A DNA stretch of 64,000 nucleotides from positions 4,714,001 through 4,778,000 of the forward strand of contig NC_058383.1 in NCBI RefSeq assembly GCF_018350175.1, read 5' to 3'. Below the pieces are notes generated by a model. That model was not told the origin of the DNA. It saw only the letters and a list, made by a program, of their open reading frames with translations, and ran no database searches. The position numbers and the translations under genes are program-made. Positions 62,980-64,000 of this stretch are shown here, in pieces; position 1 is the first letter of the stretch, and each line of letters starts with the position of its first letter. The DNA comes from Felis catus (taxonomy: Eukaryota).

Positions 62980-64000
62980 TCACGGCGCCTTGTCCGCGGC
63001 CCCCGCCGCCTGCTCGGGGCGCGCGGGGCCGCCGGTGGCCGCGCGCGTGCTGCGGAGCAGGCCCAGGCCCCGGGATCGGCCGGCGCCGTGCAGCTGGCGC
63101 TCGTGGCGGCGGATCTGCACCTTGTGCCGGAAGCGCTCGCCGCAGTCCTCGCAGACGTAGGGCCGCTCGCCCGAGTGCGTGCGCCGGTGGCGCAGCAGGT
63201 TGGACGAGACGCTGAAGCGCTTGCCGCAGTCGCCGCAGGCGTAGGGCCGCTCGCCCGTGTGCGTGCGCTGGTGCTGCACGAGCGCCGAGCTCTCGCTGAA
63301 GCGCTTGGCGCAGTAGGAGCAGGCGTAGGGCTTCTCGCCCGTGTGGATGCGCTGGTGCGTCACCAGGTTGGAGTGCTGCGAGAAGCCCTTCCCGCACTCG
63401 CCGCAGCGGTGCGGCCGCTCGCCCGTGTGCGTGGCCTGGTGCCGCACCAGGTCCGTGCTGCGGCTGAAGCCCTTGCCGCACTCCCCGCAGATGGTCGGCC
63501 GGTCCCGGGCGCGCCGCCGCCGCCGCTGCCTGGCCGGGGTCAGGGCGGCGCTGCCCGCGGGGCCCGGGATGGCCACCACCGCCGGCGCGGCCACGGCCGG
63601 CAGCACCATGAGCTCCTGCAGCACCACGTAGCCCGGGGGGGCCACCACGACGGCGGCTGGAGCCCCCGGGGCCGAAGCCCCGCCGCCCCCTGCGGCGGGC
63701 ACCAGCTCCAGCTGCAGCTCCGGCTGCACGGGGGTCAGCTCCAGCCGCACCTCCTGCTGCTGGGCTCCCAGCTCCACCGGGGTCAGCTCCAGCCGCACCT
63801 CCTGCTGCTGCTCCAGCTGCTGCTGCTCCAGCTGCTGCTGCTGCTGCTCCAGCTGCTGCTCCAGCTGCTGCAGCTGCTCCTGCAGTTTGAGCTGCAGCTG
63901 CCGCTGTTCCTGTTGTCTCTCCAGCTCCTGCCGCTGCCTCTCCAGTTCCTGATCCGACCCCAGGTCAACTGGCATGAGCTCCAGCTCTACTTCTTCCTCC
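62980..64000 (-). CDS. ZNF853: ZNF853 C-terminal part of last exon (Gln/Glu-rich region plus 5 C2H2 fingers); 5' part outside window
   Basis: Frame open from the window edge ([14 protein letters not shown]...) to TGA at 62982-62980. QE-rich repeats, QRRRRRAR basic stretch and five fingers starting [21 protein letters not shown] match ZNF853 as I recall it; ZNF853 is a known neighbour of ZNF316. Confidence 0.93.
   Translation of the reverse strand, partial: EEEVELELMPVDLGSDQELERQRQELERQQEQRQLQLKLQEQLQQLEQQLEQQQQQLEQQQLEQQQEVRLELTPVELGAQQQEVRLELTPVQPELQLELVPAAGGGGASAPGAPAAVVVAPPGYVVLQELMVLPAVAAPAVVAIPGPAGSAALTPARQRRRRRARDRPTICGECGKGFSRSTDLVRHQATHTGERPHRCGECGKGFSQHSNLVTHQRIHTGEKPYACSYCAKRFSESSALVQHQRTHTGERPYACGDCGKRFSVSSNLLRHRRTHSGERPYVCEDCGERFRHKVQIRRHERQLHGAGRSRGLGLLRSTRAATGGPARPEQAAGAADKAP
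63731..63945 (-). repeat. ZNF853: Coding CAG-rich imperfect repeats in ZNF853
   Basis: Repeated (CTG)n/ctccag units encoding LEQQ(Q) blocks and a duplicated [11 protein letters not shown] unit. Confidence 0.9.

Overview
Mammalian genomic DNA, almost certainly from a felid (cat family), judged from young felid-type CanSINEs. The window holds the complete minus-strand KRAB zinc-finger gene ZNF316 (five coding exons with consistent splice phases, 3039-nt CDS / 1012 aa, CpG-island promoter near 45.3-46.0 kb). It also holds the 3' end of ZNF853 (minus strand, runs off the right edge). A second CpG-island promoter at about 11.6-13.0 kb appears to drive a minus-strand ZNF12/RBAK-type KRAB-ZNF 5' end, with an 'MNKS' start exon that is one base short of the usual phase; its remaining exons are not in the window. 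The left ~27 kb is AT-rich and packed with old L1, Tigger, MaLR and SINE relics; the right part is GC-rich. I found no CRISPR array, RNA gene or wholly new system. The best leads are the unassigned KRAB-ZNF 5' end, an orphan CCAAT-box promoter and a candidate L1-adjacent upstream exon. Gene and repeat names come from recognition, not database searches, and repeat boundaries are approximate.
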